Positions 37,521 through 50,108 of a stretch of DNA of 64,000 nucleotides are shown in pieces. Each line of letters begins with the position of its first letter. Within the stretch, counting starts at the first letter, position 1. Source of the stretch: Neoechinorhynchus agilis (Eukaryota > Animalia > Acanthocephala); the NCBI GenBank assembly GCA_051530055.1, contig CM121341.1, forward strand, positions 6,984,784-7,048,783, in the 5' to 3' direction. A model generated the notes under the pieces. The model had not been told where the DNA came from. It saw only the letters and a list, made by a program, of their open reading frames with translations, and did no database searches. The translations under genes were made by a program, and so were the position numbers.

Positions 37521-38198
37521 CTTTACCATAAGAACATTGGACTGGTATTCTCAATACAGAACTCGAGTCTTAGTGTGTCTTTGAGAAACCAATGCAGCCC
37601 AGCCATTAGTCGTCTCTCCGGGTGTCCATCATTAGTTGGCGACCTCACAGGCATCCCGAATTGAGGTCTATACAAAGCGATATTATTTATGTGGCTTTCT
37701 AAAAGCTCAGAGATGCCTTCTCCTCATTCTTATTGGACATCTGTCATAAACATATATAAATGAAGACGACGGACATCCGGTTTAAAAAACTGGAATGATT
37801 ACATTCATCATTACTGAGTTTCTATTTTTAAGTACTCGCATTATTCAAATTAAAAAAAGATCCGACTAAAGTAACATTGATTTCTCAACCGATTCGGTCT
37901 CTCTCAGTTGTCTAAACGGTTCAAAGCATTCGTGTTCGTTGATTTCGGTGACAACGCCGATTTTTTTTCGTGTGAAAATAGTTCGAAAAGACACAATATT
38001 CGATCATCTTTGGGTTTTAGAATCGGTGTAAAGCATTTGGAGTCAAATGAAATCCTTGAGGAATGATAGAGTAAGAACTGTTTTGATGTTTTTGTATGGC
38101 AGAAAAAGGCACAAGATTACAATTCAATTTTCAGACAACAATTAAAAATGTTGATATGTGAGGAGGTACCGGGTGGAAGAGGGCGTTTAAATTATTTT

Positions 38199-38317
38199 TT
38201 CGATTAAAGACGTTCGTCGAACCTCGTCGGGTTCATTTTCAATTTGTTTTTTAGCGTCTATTACTAACAAACTGAGTTGATGAACCCGACGAGTTTCGAC
38301 GAACGTCTTTAATCGAA
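38199..38317. repeat. Inverted repeat, 38-bp arms (MITE-like fold-back)
   Basis: TTCGATTAAAGACGTTCGTCGAACCTCGTCGGGTTCAT and its complement, with 1 mismatch. Confidence 0.85.
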
Positions 38318-39531
38318 ATAATTCCAAACAACAATTATTTTAATGGTCCTAGATTATGACAACCACAAGTCCAATTTAGAAGCAACAATCGAATATCTTT
38401 CAAAATGTGTTTCGGGGACAAACGTCCCATACACATCTTAAGGACGGGGACCTACTCTGGATATCTGGTGGCAGAAAGGTGCTTGGGGGAAATACCAAAA
38501 ACAGTGTCGGATTCATAAAGGTTTCCCGTATTGTGTGAGATGGATAACTCTATGCTCAAGGTTTCGCTTCGGTTTTCATTGGGAAGGCTACGAAAAAAGA
38601 GATGTTCCCTAAAGGAAATCAGCATCTGGGGATGCTGGCGACCATATTCAAAAATCAATACCTATATTCGCATCAAGACTAACATAAGTCGCTATTTAGT
38701 AGACCAAAGTCGTCAAGACAGACTAGTTGGTGACCCCTTAGAACGCCGCTTTGTCAAGGTATTTCGTCCTTGAGTTTCATAACTTCCTTGGACGCTTTCG
38801 CTGGATCTCCTTGGAGAATACTGTCAACGACGATAACGCCCGTTTGAAGCATTTACAATGAGGAAAACCGTCAGCATAGCGCCGCGCTTTCCATCAAGCC
38901 TACGAGGTGTTTAGTATCTCACTTGTGATGACTACTTAAATATATCAAAAAGTGTTTTTCAAGTCGATAGTTTAGCTAAGATGTGGGCAGTTTGACCGGC
39001 GGGTCAGTGTAGACATGTAGATTTTTAGATTAAGAATTAGGAAATAAACATCGAACATGAGAACTTCAAACTAAATGAATTGTAGAAAAGCGCTCGATTT
39101 ATAAAACCCAATAAATGCCTCGTGAGAAAACTATGAAGTCTTAAAACTTACCCAAAGGAGACTGTACAATCGACGATTCCAGCAGTCTTATCTAGAAAGA
39201 TTCAAAGTGGCATTTTTTGAATATCTTTAAAGATTATTTATCTATGAAATCGAATGAACACGATGGTAAAAATAGTCGGCATCAGCTACGATAATCGGAA
39301 TACCAGTTCGTATCTTAGAAGATAGCCGATATGAAGATTATAGCCGACGAAACTTAATGAATAAAATAAGGGAATTTAAAAGTCGTTCTCTCAAAAGAGA
39401 AATCGGCTCTTTTGGTAAAGTTCACGATGTATGGCAGCAGCTGACTAAAAGAAATCTCAGTTTCAAATCTTTTTGCGAAACGAAGAGCAAACTCGATTTA
39501 TACACTGGTTCAATTGGTGACAAACCATGAA

Positions 39532-39707
39532 TGTGGAAGTGGGGAAAAATTATATATCTAGAAATCACTTCTAATCGCGCTGGACTTCTTTAGTCAATTA
39601 TTGTTTGTAAGTTTTTAAATATTCGAGTTCGTGAGCAATAATTGACTGAAGAAGTACAGCGCGATTGGAAGTGATTTTTAGATATATAATGTTTCCCCAC
39701 TTCCACA
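39532..39707. repeat. Inverted repeat, ~69-bp arms, 38-nt spacer
   Basis: 39532-39600 versus 39639-39707, about 5 mismatches. Confidence 0.85.
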
Positions 39708-40099
39708 GAATCAATAATAAGATGCAAATTTTCCGCTCGTTTATATAAAGACAATTCCGGATCTCATGGGACCTTTTTTGCTTTAGGAACAATATTTACG
39801 ATAAGTCATATCGAGAGAAAATCCATATCGGGATTGTAAATTTTGATTTGTGGTGAATATACTCGCCCGGTAAAAAATCATTTTATTGTTCGCGAAATAA
39901 TCATTGCTTGTAAGTTTATTGCAATATTGATTATTTCGTCAAAAGAGTTTTTCTCTTAGAGTAAGTTGAATTTTTTGGTAGGCCAAAACTGGACATTCGA
40001 TAATTTTTTGGTAACATTCAAAAAAAATTTTTTGGATCGATCAAATCTTAAGTTCTAAAGTCTCAGTTGAAAACGTTTGGAAATCTAAAATAAGTGAAC

Positions 40100-43000
40100 C
40101 GAATACGGCCACATTAAAATGCTTAGTTTTTAAAGATAGTGTTTATATTGCCGAACATTTACCATCCTGATAGGCGGAATAAAAATTAAAGGAATTTTTG
40201 GGTTAAATCTGAATGTTTTCGGCACAATGTTCTCCGGAAACAATTGGATTTAACCAAAAAATTCTTTAATTTTTATTCCACCACAAATCAAAATATGAAA
40301 ATAATTCAATGTTCAAACATTTAAAAGCATATAAAATAATTCATAAAAAAATACTTGAAGAAGATTCTCTAAAATGAAACGGCCAGGTTCAAAGTCTTAG
40401 TTTTTAACGATAGTGTTTTATTGCGCTTTATAAAAGAAACGGTAAAAGTGTGACTGAGAAGTCTCTTCTCAACATTCGTTTTATGGCGGAATAAAAATTA
40501 AAGGAATTTTTGGGTTAAATCCGAATGTTTTCGGCACAATGTTCTCCGGAAACAATTGGATTTAACCAAAAAATTCTTTAATTTTTATTCCACCACAAAT
40601 CAAAATATGAAAATAATTCAATGTTCAAGCATTTAAAATCATGCAAAATAATTCATAAAAAATACTTGAAGAAGATTCTCTAAAATGAAACGGCCAGGTT
40701 CAAATTCTTAGTTTTTAACGATAGTTTTTTATTGCGCTTTATAAAAGAAACGGTAAAAGTGTGACTGAAAAGTCCCTTCTCAACATTCGTTTTATGGCGG
40801 AATAAAAATTAAAGGAATTTTTGGGTTAAATCCGAATGTTTTCGGCACAATGTTCTCCGGAAACAATTGGATTTAACCAAAAAAATTCTTTAATTTTTAT
40901 TCCACCACAAATCAAAATATGAAAATAATTCAATGTTCAAACATTTAAAATCATGTAAAATAATTCATAAAAAATACTTGAAGAAGATTCTCTAAAATGA
41001 AACGGCCAGGTTCAAATGCTTAGTTTTTAACGATAGTTTTTTATTGCGCTTTATAAAAGAAACGGTAAAAGTGTGACTGAGAAGTCTCTTCTCAACATTC
41101 GTTTTATGGCGGAATAAAAATTAAAGGAATTTTTGGGTTAAATCCGAATGTTTTCGGCACGATGTTCTCCGGAAACAATTGGATTTAACCAAAAAATTCT
41201 TTAATTTTATTCCACCACAAATCAAAATATGAAAATAATTCAATGTTCAAGCATTTAAAATCATGCAAAATAATTCATAAAAAATACTTGAAGAAGATTC
41301 TCTAAAATGAAACGGCCAGGTTCAAATGCTTAGTTTTTAACGATAGTTTTTTATTGCGCTTTATAAAAGAAACGGTAAAAGTGTGACTGAGAAGTCCCTT
41401 CTCAACATTCGTTTTATGGCGGAATAAAAATTAAAGGAATTTTTGGGTTAAATCTGAATGTTTTCGGCACAATGTTCTCCGGAAACAATTGGATTTAACC
41501 AAAAAAATCTTTAATTTTTATTCCACCACAAATCAAAATATGAAAATAATTCAATGTTCAAACATTTAAAAGCATATAAAATAATTCATAAAAAAATACT
41601 TGAAGAAGTTCTCTAAAATGAAACGGCCAGGTTCAAATGCTTAGTTTTTAACGATAGTGTTTTATTGCGCTTTATAAAAGAAACGGTAAAAGTGTGACTG
41701 AAAAGTCCTTCTCAACATTCGTTTTATGGCGGAATAAAAATTAAAGGAATTTTTGGGTTAAATCCGAATGTTTTCGGCACAATGTTCTCCGGAAACAATT
41801 GGATTTAACCAAAAAAATCTTTAATTTTTATTCCACCACAAATCAAAATATGAAAATAATTCAATGTTCAAACATTTAAAAGCATATAAAATAATTCATA
41901 AAAAAATACTTGAAGAAGATTCTCTAAAATGAAACGGCCAGGTTCAAATGCTTAGTTTTTAACGATAGTTTTTTATTGCGCTTTATAAAAGAAACGGTAA
42001 AAGTGTGACTGAGAAGTCTCTTCTCAACATTCGTTTTATGGCGGAATAAAAATTAAAGGAATTTTTGGGTTAAATCCGAATGTTTTCGGCACAATGTTCT
42101 CCGGAAACAATTGGATTTAACCAAAAAAATTTTTAATTTTTATTCCACCACAAATCAAAATATGAAAATAATTCAATGTTCAAACATTTAAAATCATGTA
42201 AAATAATTCATAAAAAATACTTGAAGAAGATTCTCTAAAATGAAACGGCCAGGTTCAAATGCTTAGTTTTTAACGATAGTTTTTTATTGCGCTTTATAAA
42301 AGAAACGGTAAAAGTGTGACTGAGAAGTCTCTTCTCAACATTCGTTTTATGGCGGAATAAAAATTAAAGGAATTTTTGGGTTAAATCTGAATGTTTTCGG
42401 CACAATGTTCTCCGAAAACAATTGGATTTTACCAAAAAATTCTTTAATTTTATTCCACCACAAATCAAAATATGAAAATAATTCAATGTTCAAACATTTA
42501 AAATCATATAAAATAATTCATAAAAAATGCTTGAAGAAGGTTCTCTAAAATGAAACGGCCAGGTTCAAATGCTTAGTTTTTAACGATAGTTTTTTATTGC
42601 GCTTTATAAAAGAAACGGTAAAAGTGTGACTGAGAAGTCTCTTCTCAACATTCGTTTTATGGCGGAATAAAAATTAAAGGAATTTTTGGGTTAAATCGAA
42701 TGTTTTCGGCACAATGTTCTCCGGAAACAATTGGATTTAACAAAAATTTTTAATTTTATTCCACCACAAATCAAAATATGAAAATATTCAATGTTCAACA
42801 TTTAAAACATAAAATAATTCATAAAAAATCTTGAAGAAGTTCTCTAAAATGAAACGGCCAGGTTCAAATGCTTAGTTTTTAACGATAGTTTTATTGCTTG
42901 GGTGTAAACGTTGTTGGTTGAAGGTAAAAGTGACTGAAAGTCTTCTCAACATTCGTTTTATGGCGGAATAAAAATTAAAGGAATTTTTGGGTTAAATCTG

Positions 43001-43680
43001 AATGTTTTCGCACAATGTTCTCCGGAAACAATTGGATTTAACCAAAAAATTTTTAATTTTATTCCACCACAAATCAAAATATGAAAATAATTCAATGTTC
43101 AATTTTTTTTAAAATCTTGAAAGTTCTTAAAATGAACGGCAGGTTCAAACTTAGTTTTTAACGATAGTTTTTATTGCGCTTTATAAAAGAAACGGTAAAA
43201 GTGTGACTGAAAGTCTCTTCTCAACATTCGTTTTATGGCGGAATAAAAATTAAAGGAATTTTTGGGTTAAATCGAATGTTTTCGGCACATGTTCTCCGAA
43301 ACAATTGGATTTACAAAAAATTTTTAATTTTATTCCACAAATCAAAATATGAAAATAATTCAATGTTCAAGCATTTAAAATCATGCAAAATAATTCATAA
43401 AAAATACTTGAAGAAGGTTCTCTAAAATGAAACGGCCAGGTTCAAATGCTTAGTTTTTAACGATAGTTTTTTATTGCGCTTTATAAAAGAAACGGTAAAA
43501 GTTTGACTGAGAAGTCTCTTCTCAACATTCGTTTTATGGCGGAATAAAAATTAAAGGAATTTTTGGGTTAAATCTGAATGTTCACAATGTTCTCCGGAAA
43601 CAATTGGATTTAACCAAAAAATTCCTAATCATGCAAAATAATTCATAAAAAATGCTTGAAGAAGATTCTCTAGAATGAAA
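40100..43680. repeat. Tandem satellite, ~311-bp unit, ~12 copies, each containing a ~46-bp-arm inverted repeat
   Basis: GGCGGAATAAAAATTAAAGG at 40173, 40485, 40796, 41108 and onward. Internal inverted repeat, for example 40176-40279. Confidence 0.95.
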
Positions 43681-44394
43681 ATGATAAAAAGACGTAAAGT
43701 TGCTTCACATCGGAGAATCAAAAGTGTATAAAATGCAATTTTTGAAGCAATCTAAGAAAATCTATGTAACCCTAAGAGTCCAGATACTCCATGCTCGCGT
43801 TTCTGGACACCATAGAACCAATCAAAAATCAGCTAAATTCATTAATGGCAATCGATCGTACCAATGAATTCGACTGCGAACAAATGTCGAAAACACGTTT
43901 TATAGGACTTTGTGAGAACCGTAGAAATCGATCTGTTCAAAAACGAATATCGTGTTGTAGACTTATTCCTTTGAGACTAGGAGTTATGTGTTTTGAGGTA
44001 AACATTAAAATAAGCTTTTCTTCAAGAAAGCGCGCTTAGTGTATATGCGTTGCTCCGTCATTGAACGTTTATAAGAAACTGATACGAGCATGAACATTGT
44101 TGAGTGGGTAAGGCTCCATCTTTTAACGATTTCGTGAGATTTGGGGTCGGTCCTTGAAGTCGAATGAGCGATTATGGACACCACTGGCGGCAGCAACGAA
44201 TTGGGTCATTTTACTATTAAATAAAAAATCTATTTGTAAAAATACCTGAAAAAATTTCGCAGTATCAGCGGAAATTTCTTTGAGTTAAAACATTTTAAAA
44301 TGAGACCAAAAGCGGACCCATCTATCGCCGATAATTTACTTATATATCCCGGGCGATTGGCAGGGAATGGTGTTTCCACGGACAATGCGAAGGA

Positions 44395-47050
44395 GAAAGA
44401 TTTTCTTTATCCTTACCATTCGGGCCAAGTGTCCACCGAAAAAACTTTTAAAGTAGTATTTCAAACTACTTTCATAAACGAAATGACGATGTTGGAGAGG
44501 TTGAAGGTTTACGAACTGGGAATTCTATTCCTTAAGCGATATTTCCGAAACAGTATTATTCCCTTGTTTACAAGGAATCGTAAAAATTGAGGATTACTTC
44601 GTTTTCAATGTCTCAAAAGCAATTTAAGAGAATTGAGGGATAGTTTAGATCGATAATTTCAGAGCTTTAGAACTTTTTAAAACAAGCGGGACAAACTTTC
44701 CACACTTCGATGTCGCTAATTTAACACACAACCAAAAAACTTTTAAAGTAGTATTTTAAACTACTTTCATAAACGAAATGACGATGTTGGAGAGGTTGAA
44801 GGTTTACGAACTGGGAATTCTATTCCTTAAGCGATATTTCCGAAACAGCATTATTCCCTTGTTTACAAGGAATCGTAAAAAATTGAGGATTACTTCGTTT
44901 TCAATGTCTCAAAAGCAATTTAAGAGAATTGAGGGATAGTTTAGATCGATAATTGCAGAGCTTTAGAACTTTTTAAAACAAGCGGGACAAACTTTCCACA
45001 CTTCGATGTCGCTAATTTAACACACAACCAAAAAACTTTTAAAGTAGTATTTTAAACTACTTTCATAGACGAAATGACGATGTTGGAGAGGTTGAAGGTT
45101 TACGAACTGGGAATTCTATTCCTTAAGCGATGTCTCCGAAACAGCATTATTCCCTTGTTTACAAGGAATCGTAAAAAATGAGGATTACTTCGTTTTCAAT
45201 GTCTCAAAAGCCATTTAAGAGAATTGAGGGATAGTTTAGATCGATAATTGCAGAGCTTTAGAACTTTTTAAAACAAGCGGGACAAACTTTCCACACTTCG
45301 ATGTGGCCAATTTAACACACAACCAAAAAACTTTTAAAGTAGTATTTTAAACTACTTTTATAAACGAAATGACGATGTTGGAGAGGTTGAAGGTTTACGA
45401 ACTGGGAATTCTATTCCTTAAGCGATGTCTCCGAAACAGCATTATTCCCTTGTTTACAAGGAATCGTAAAAATTGAGGATTACTTCGTTTTCAATGTCTC
45501 AAAAGCCATTTAAGAGAATTGAGGGATAGTTTAGATCGATAATTGCAGAGCTTTAGAACTTTTTAAAACAAGCGGGACGAACTTTCCACACTTCGATGTG
45601 GCCAATTTAACACACAACCAAAAAACTTTTAAAGTAGTATTTCAAACTACTTTCATAGACGAAATGACGATGTTGGAGAGGTTGAAGGTTTACGAACTGG
45701 GAATTCTATTCCTTAAGCGATGTCTCCGAAACAGCATTATTCCCTTGTTTACAAGGAATCGTAAAAACTGAGGATTACTTCGTTTTCAATGTCTCAAAAG
45801 CCATTTAAGAGAATTGAGGGATAGTTTAGATCGATAATTGCAGAGCTTTAGAACTTTTTAAAACAAGCGGGACGAACATTCCACACTTCGATGTGGCCAA
45901 TTTAACACACAACCAAAAAACTTTTAAAGTAGTATTTCAAACTACTTTCATAGACGAAATACCAATGTTGGAGAGGTTGAAGGTTTACGAACTGGGAATT
46001 CTGTTCCTTAAGCGATATCTCCGAAACAGCATTATTCCCTTGTTTACAAGGAACCGTAAAAATTGAGGATTACTTCGTTTTCAATGTCTCAAAAGCCATT
46101 TAAGAGAATTGAGGGATAGTTTAGATCGATAATTGCAGAGCTTTAAAACTTTTTAAAACAAGCGAGACGAACATTCCACACTTCGATGTGGCCAATTTAA
46201 CACACAACCAAAAAACTTTTCAAGTAGTATTTTAAACTACTTTCATAGACGAAATACCAATGTTGGAGAGGTTGAAGGTTTACGAGCTGGGAATTCTATT
46301 CCTTAAGCGATGTCTCCGAAACAGCATTATTCCCTCGTTTATAAGGAATCGTAAAAAATTGAGGATTACTTCGTTTTCAATGTCTCAAAAGCAATTTAAG
46401 AGAATTGAGGGATAGTTTAGATCGATAATTTCAGAGCTTTAGAACTTTTTAAAACAAGCGGGACAAACTTTCCACACTTCGATGTCGCTAATTTAACACA
46501 CACTTCATAACTCCACTTGCCTTTAGCTCGAAAATAAAGATTTTCTTTATCCTTACCATTCGGGCCAAGTGTCCACCGAAAAAACTTTTAAAGTAGTATT
46601 TCAAACTACTTTTATAAACGAAATGACGATGTTGGAGAGGTTGAAGGTTTACGAACTGGGAATTCTATTCCTTAAGCGATGTCTCCGAAACAGCATTATT
46701 CCCTTGTTTACAAGGAACCGTAAAAACTGAGGATTACTTCGTTTTCAATGTCTCAAAAGCCATTTAAGAGAATTGAGGGATAGTTTAGATCGATAATTGC
46801 AGAGCTTTAGAACTTTTTAAAACAAGCGGGACAAACTTTCCACACTTCGATGTGGCCAATTTAACACACAACCAAAAAACTTTTAAAGTAGTATTTCAAA
46901 CTACTTTTATAAACGAAATGACGATGTTGGAGAGGTTGAAGGTTTACGAACTGGGAATTCTATTCCTTAAGCGATATCTCCGAAACAGCATTATTCCCTT
47001 GTTTACAAGGAATCGTAAAAAATTGAGGATTACTTCGTTTTCAATGTCTC
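44395..47050. repeat. 295-bp tandem repeat, ~9 copies (array B)
   Basis: Period 295 (44446, 44741, 45037, 45332, 45627, 45922, 46217), one 369-bp junction unit, then 46586 and 46881. Confidence 0.95.
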
Positions 47051-48815
47051 GATTTTGTTAATTTAAAGAGGAGGTACAAACAGAAGGAAAATGTCAGACA
47101 ATTCTTTGCACCTTCTCCTCCGCCATTGTATATATATGTGAGCATCGTCAGTTTGCATTGCTGACAGTTCACCTCATTTTCCAACACAATGAAGACTGAA
47201 GATGCTCACACATTCTGAGAAACCCAACCTAGTGGAATCTGTCGCTCGTCGTCAACTATGCATTTCTGGCATACCTTTCTTTTTTATTAGCTCAAGCCAC
47301 TCGAAATTTCATTCTTTACTCACATCTCGATCGACACTCATTTCGTGTGGTTCTAAAAGTGTTATTGATCGACCGTCGCCATACATGATAGGCAAATTTG
47401 AGCTTCCTGGCTGTCAGTGAGTACATGGCGTCATTCAACAACGTCTTTGTTGAGACGAAAAACCCACAAAATCAATAAAAGAAAGTTTGCTCGTGGATAA
47501 GAGAACCCTGAAATTATACCAGGTCTATGGACTATTAAAGATAAAAAGCACTGTAACAGTGGACATCAAATATATCTTTAAAGTTGACTTTATAAGTTGG
47601 GCAAAACGTTTCTAGTGAGATTGATGCTTTAAAGCGAACTCGGACAACTTTTTCAAAACAAATTCTTTATCAAAGGGCATTCACGGATCTCAGGCGAAGA
47701 ATTACAAGTTGTTTTCCCCAAAATGGTACATTACATATCAAAGACATAATCTTGCTGTGCCATAAGACGTGCCAAATAATTCTCGTGTATTCATTCTGTG
47801 ATAAATAGGAAATGATAAGTGCTACTGCAAAGGAAATTAGAATGAGTTGACTTCTTTTTAGTGGTTCATTACGCAAAAATATCTTAATTATAAACTTCTT
47901 TTGACTAATTTTCCTAGAGTCGACGGACCAATGCATTTCGTTTACACTTTTTGATTTTAATAACTAATATTCTGCCCAATTTTTTAGTCAAATCGTCTCA
48001 ATAGAAACCTTCTGAATTGTGGTAAAGTGACAAAATGTGTTTTTGTTTGGTTGCAATGATATCTCTAGACACCATAGAGATTTGCAATTTCGACTGCGAT
48101 TTTGTTTAGTACCTTTTGTATATAAGAAGATCCACTCTGTTATAATGTGAGAAACCTGACTACTACCGAGAGTATCGTTTATGCAGAATCACAGCGGGGT
48201 AACCGTTTTTTCATGCTAATTTGTGTTCGAATTAGATTCGAAACTAACGTTCACTCAGACATTAAATTCATAGACTCTTAAATTTGTTTAATTTTTCTTA
48301 AATCGACAACGACCGGTAAACACTCATTTCTCCAATGAACGGCGATTTTGAATTTCAGTCCGTAAATTGGGATCCTCATTTAAAAACCTAAGAAAGACGA
48401 TGTTCAATTTGGTACGCTGAGTTCAATTTCAGGCACAAATTAACGATTTAAAATTATTAAGCATATTTTAACGACTATTTCTTGAAACAACAATAATGAA
48501 ATATTTCTCAATGTTCCTCTTCGTCTCATAATTTCGAACTTCGATCCCGTGACCCGCGTAGCTTGTAAGCACGTAAAAAAAGAGATCTGTTCACCTTATC
48601 AAAATGGCAGAAAAGACAACCACCGTTGTTCCATATCTCACACTTCAATGCGTCTTGCGTGTGCTATCAACGTTGCATCTCGGTCTTTTATACGTTCTTA
48701 GCAATAAAGAACACATCGCCAAAAAAATCGATTGAACAAAGTTGCGCATTAATGTCATGGAATAAAAATAAATACGATTTATGAACAAAAAAATTGGAGC
48801 GAAAAAGAAGTGCCG

Positions 48816-48888
48816 CGTCCATGGCAGGACTTGAACCTGCAATCTCCGGCTCCGGAGGCCGGCGCCTTAACCATTAGGCCACATGGAC
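48816..48888 (-). tRNA. tRNA-Arg(CCG)
   Basis: Acceptor GTCCATG/CATGGAC, D arm GCCTAATGGTTAAGGC, anticodon arm CCGGC-CTCCGGA-GCCGG, T arm GCAGG-TTCAAGT-CCTGC, and a T5 terminator ~10 nt downstream. Confidence 0.93.
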
Positions 48889-48984
48889 CCATGCAACGAC
48901 AATTTCTATAATTTCTAAATATATATTTACGATTTAAAAATGAGAACTCGCTTTCTTATTGTGTTCAATCAGTTCATCATGTCC

Positions 48985-49110
48985 CAGAATTTTTTTTGAA
49001 AACTGGCCAGCCAGTAACTTTTATTAAGTATCAATGTGTGGCCTTTTATCACACGGCTGATAATTTTCCTTTTGGTACACAGCCCACCGATCTGGTTTAG
49101 GGAAGCGCAT
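48985..49110. mobile_element. Partial copy (one arm plus reversed spacer) of the 49397-49549 fold-back element
   Basis: ACTGGCCAGCC..TTTTATTAAGTATCAATGTGTGGCCTTTTATCAC is shared with the full copy and is followed by the spacer in the opposite orientation. Confidence 0.7.
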
Positions 49111-49143
49111 AAAATCACTCAATACCCTGAAAAATACGGTTAT

Positions 49144-49342
49144 GAGTTTGTACATCTTCGTCCGGATCATCGATACCTCTCGATGAGGCTGGACTCATCA
49201 GTGAGTTTCCTCCCTTCAACGAGGTATTTCGTCCCCATTGTTCGTCATTGGTGGCAACGGATTCGAACCAGTTGAACATTAACTGGGATCAAGGGCATTA
49301 GTCCACTTGACCACCTCGACACAACTGCAGAATGTCAAATTC
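49144..49342 (-). mobile_element. tRNA-headed SINE-like element with hammerhead-like body
   Basis: A box TGGTCAAGTGG, B box GGTTCGAATCC, GGACGAAATACCTC (49234-49221), CTCACTGATGAGTCC (49205-49191), GAGGTATC (49179-49172). Confidence 0.75.
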
Positions 49343-49396
49343 TGCGAGTTTTTTTAATTTCAGGCCATTGAATTTTTGAAGACTGGCCAGCCGATA

Positions 49397-49549
49397 AATT
49401 TTATTAAGTATCAATGTGTGGCCTTTTATCACATGACTGATAATTTTTCCTTGGGCACACAGATTTCTCTGAACCAAATCGGTGGGCTGTGTGCCCGAAA
49501 AATTATCAGCTGTGTGATAAAAGGCCACACATTCATACTTAATAAAATT
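49397..49549. mobile_element. MITE-like fold-back element, ~65-bp arms, 24-nt spacer
   Basis: 49397-49462 is complementary to 49487-49549. A second partial copy lies 400 bp upstream. Confidence 0.75.
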
Positions 49550-49899
49550 AAAATATTCTTTAATTTAATGCTCAAACTGTGCTATTAATAATTATAAAAA
49601 TTATCGCGAAATTCACTTTCCGTAATTGAACTTTTTTTTAAAATGCGTTAAGGTAGAAAATTCGAACTCCGCAGTCTTAAAAGTAACTCAAATTGAAAAC
49701 TATATAACGGTAAAACTGAATAATTTACGAAATGTTTAATCTACGTTGCGATAAGATATTCCTAAAACGAAAATTTCAAATCTTTAGAGATTTATCTTAA
49801 AAGTTTGCGCTTGGTGCGTCCATAAAAGTAATTCATTTCACCTCGTGCTTTAAACATTACAATCGAAATCAACAATATCGAGGACATCAGATAAGCTTT

Positions 49900-50108
49900 C
49901 ATTGTCAAATTGATATTTGGCACAACTAAAGATTTATAGATTAATTTAATTTTCGGTCTGAGCGTGGGCCTTCTTCAGATATTGCTTGTACGTTTTTAAA
50001 TATGTGAAAAACTTACAAGCAATATCTGAAGAAGGCCCACGTCCAGGCCGAAAATTAATTAAATTAATCTATAATTCTTTAGTTGCGTCAAATATCAATT
50101 TAACAATG
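49900..50108. repeat. Long inverted repeat, ~95-100-bp arms, ~11-nt loop
   Basis: CATTGTCAAATTGATATTTGG..GGGCCTTCTTCAGATATTGCTTGTA mirrored by TACAAGCAATATCTGAAGAAGGCCC..AAATATCAATTTAACAATG. Confidence 0.88.

Noticed and set aside
38400-39500. Possible transposase or integrase relic
   Set aside because: Frames are broken by stops and I could not recognise a diagnostic motif.
42690-43400. Apparent rapid divergence of several 311-bp units
   Set aside because: Changes are mostly single-base deletions in homopolymers, typical of low-coverage long-read consensus error; the same pattern appears near 63880-63930. This is also a caution for any single-base frameshift argument.
27582-47061. Short ORFs at 27582, 37359, 44300 and 46852
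   Set aside because: They lie in or read into satellite units and have no protein features.
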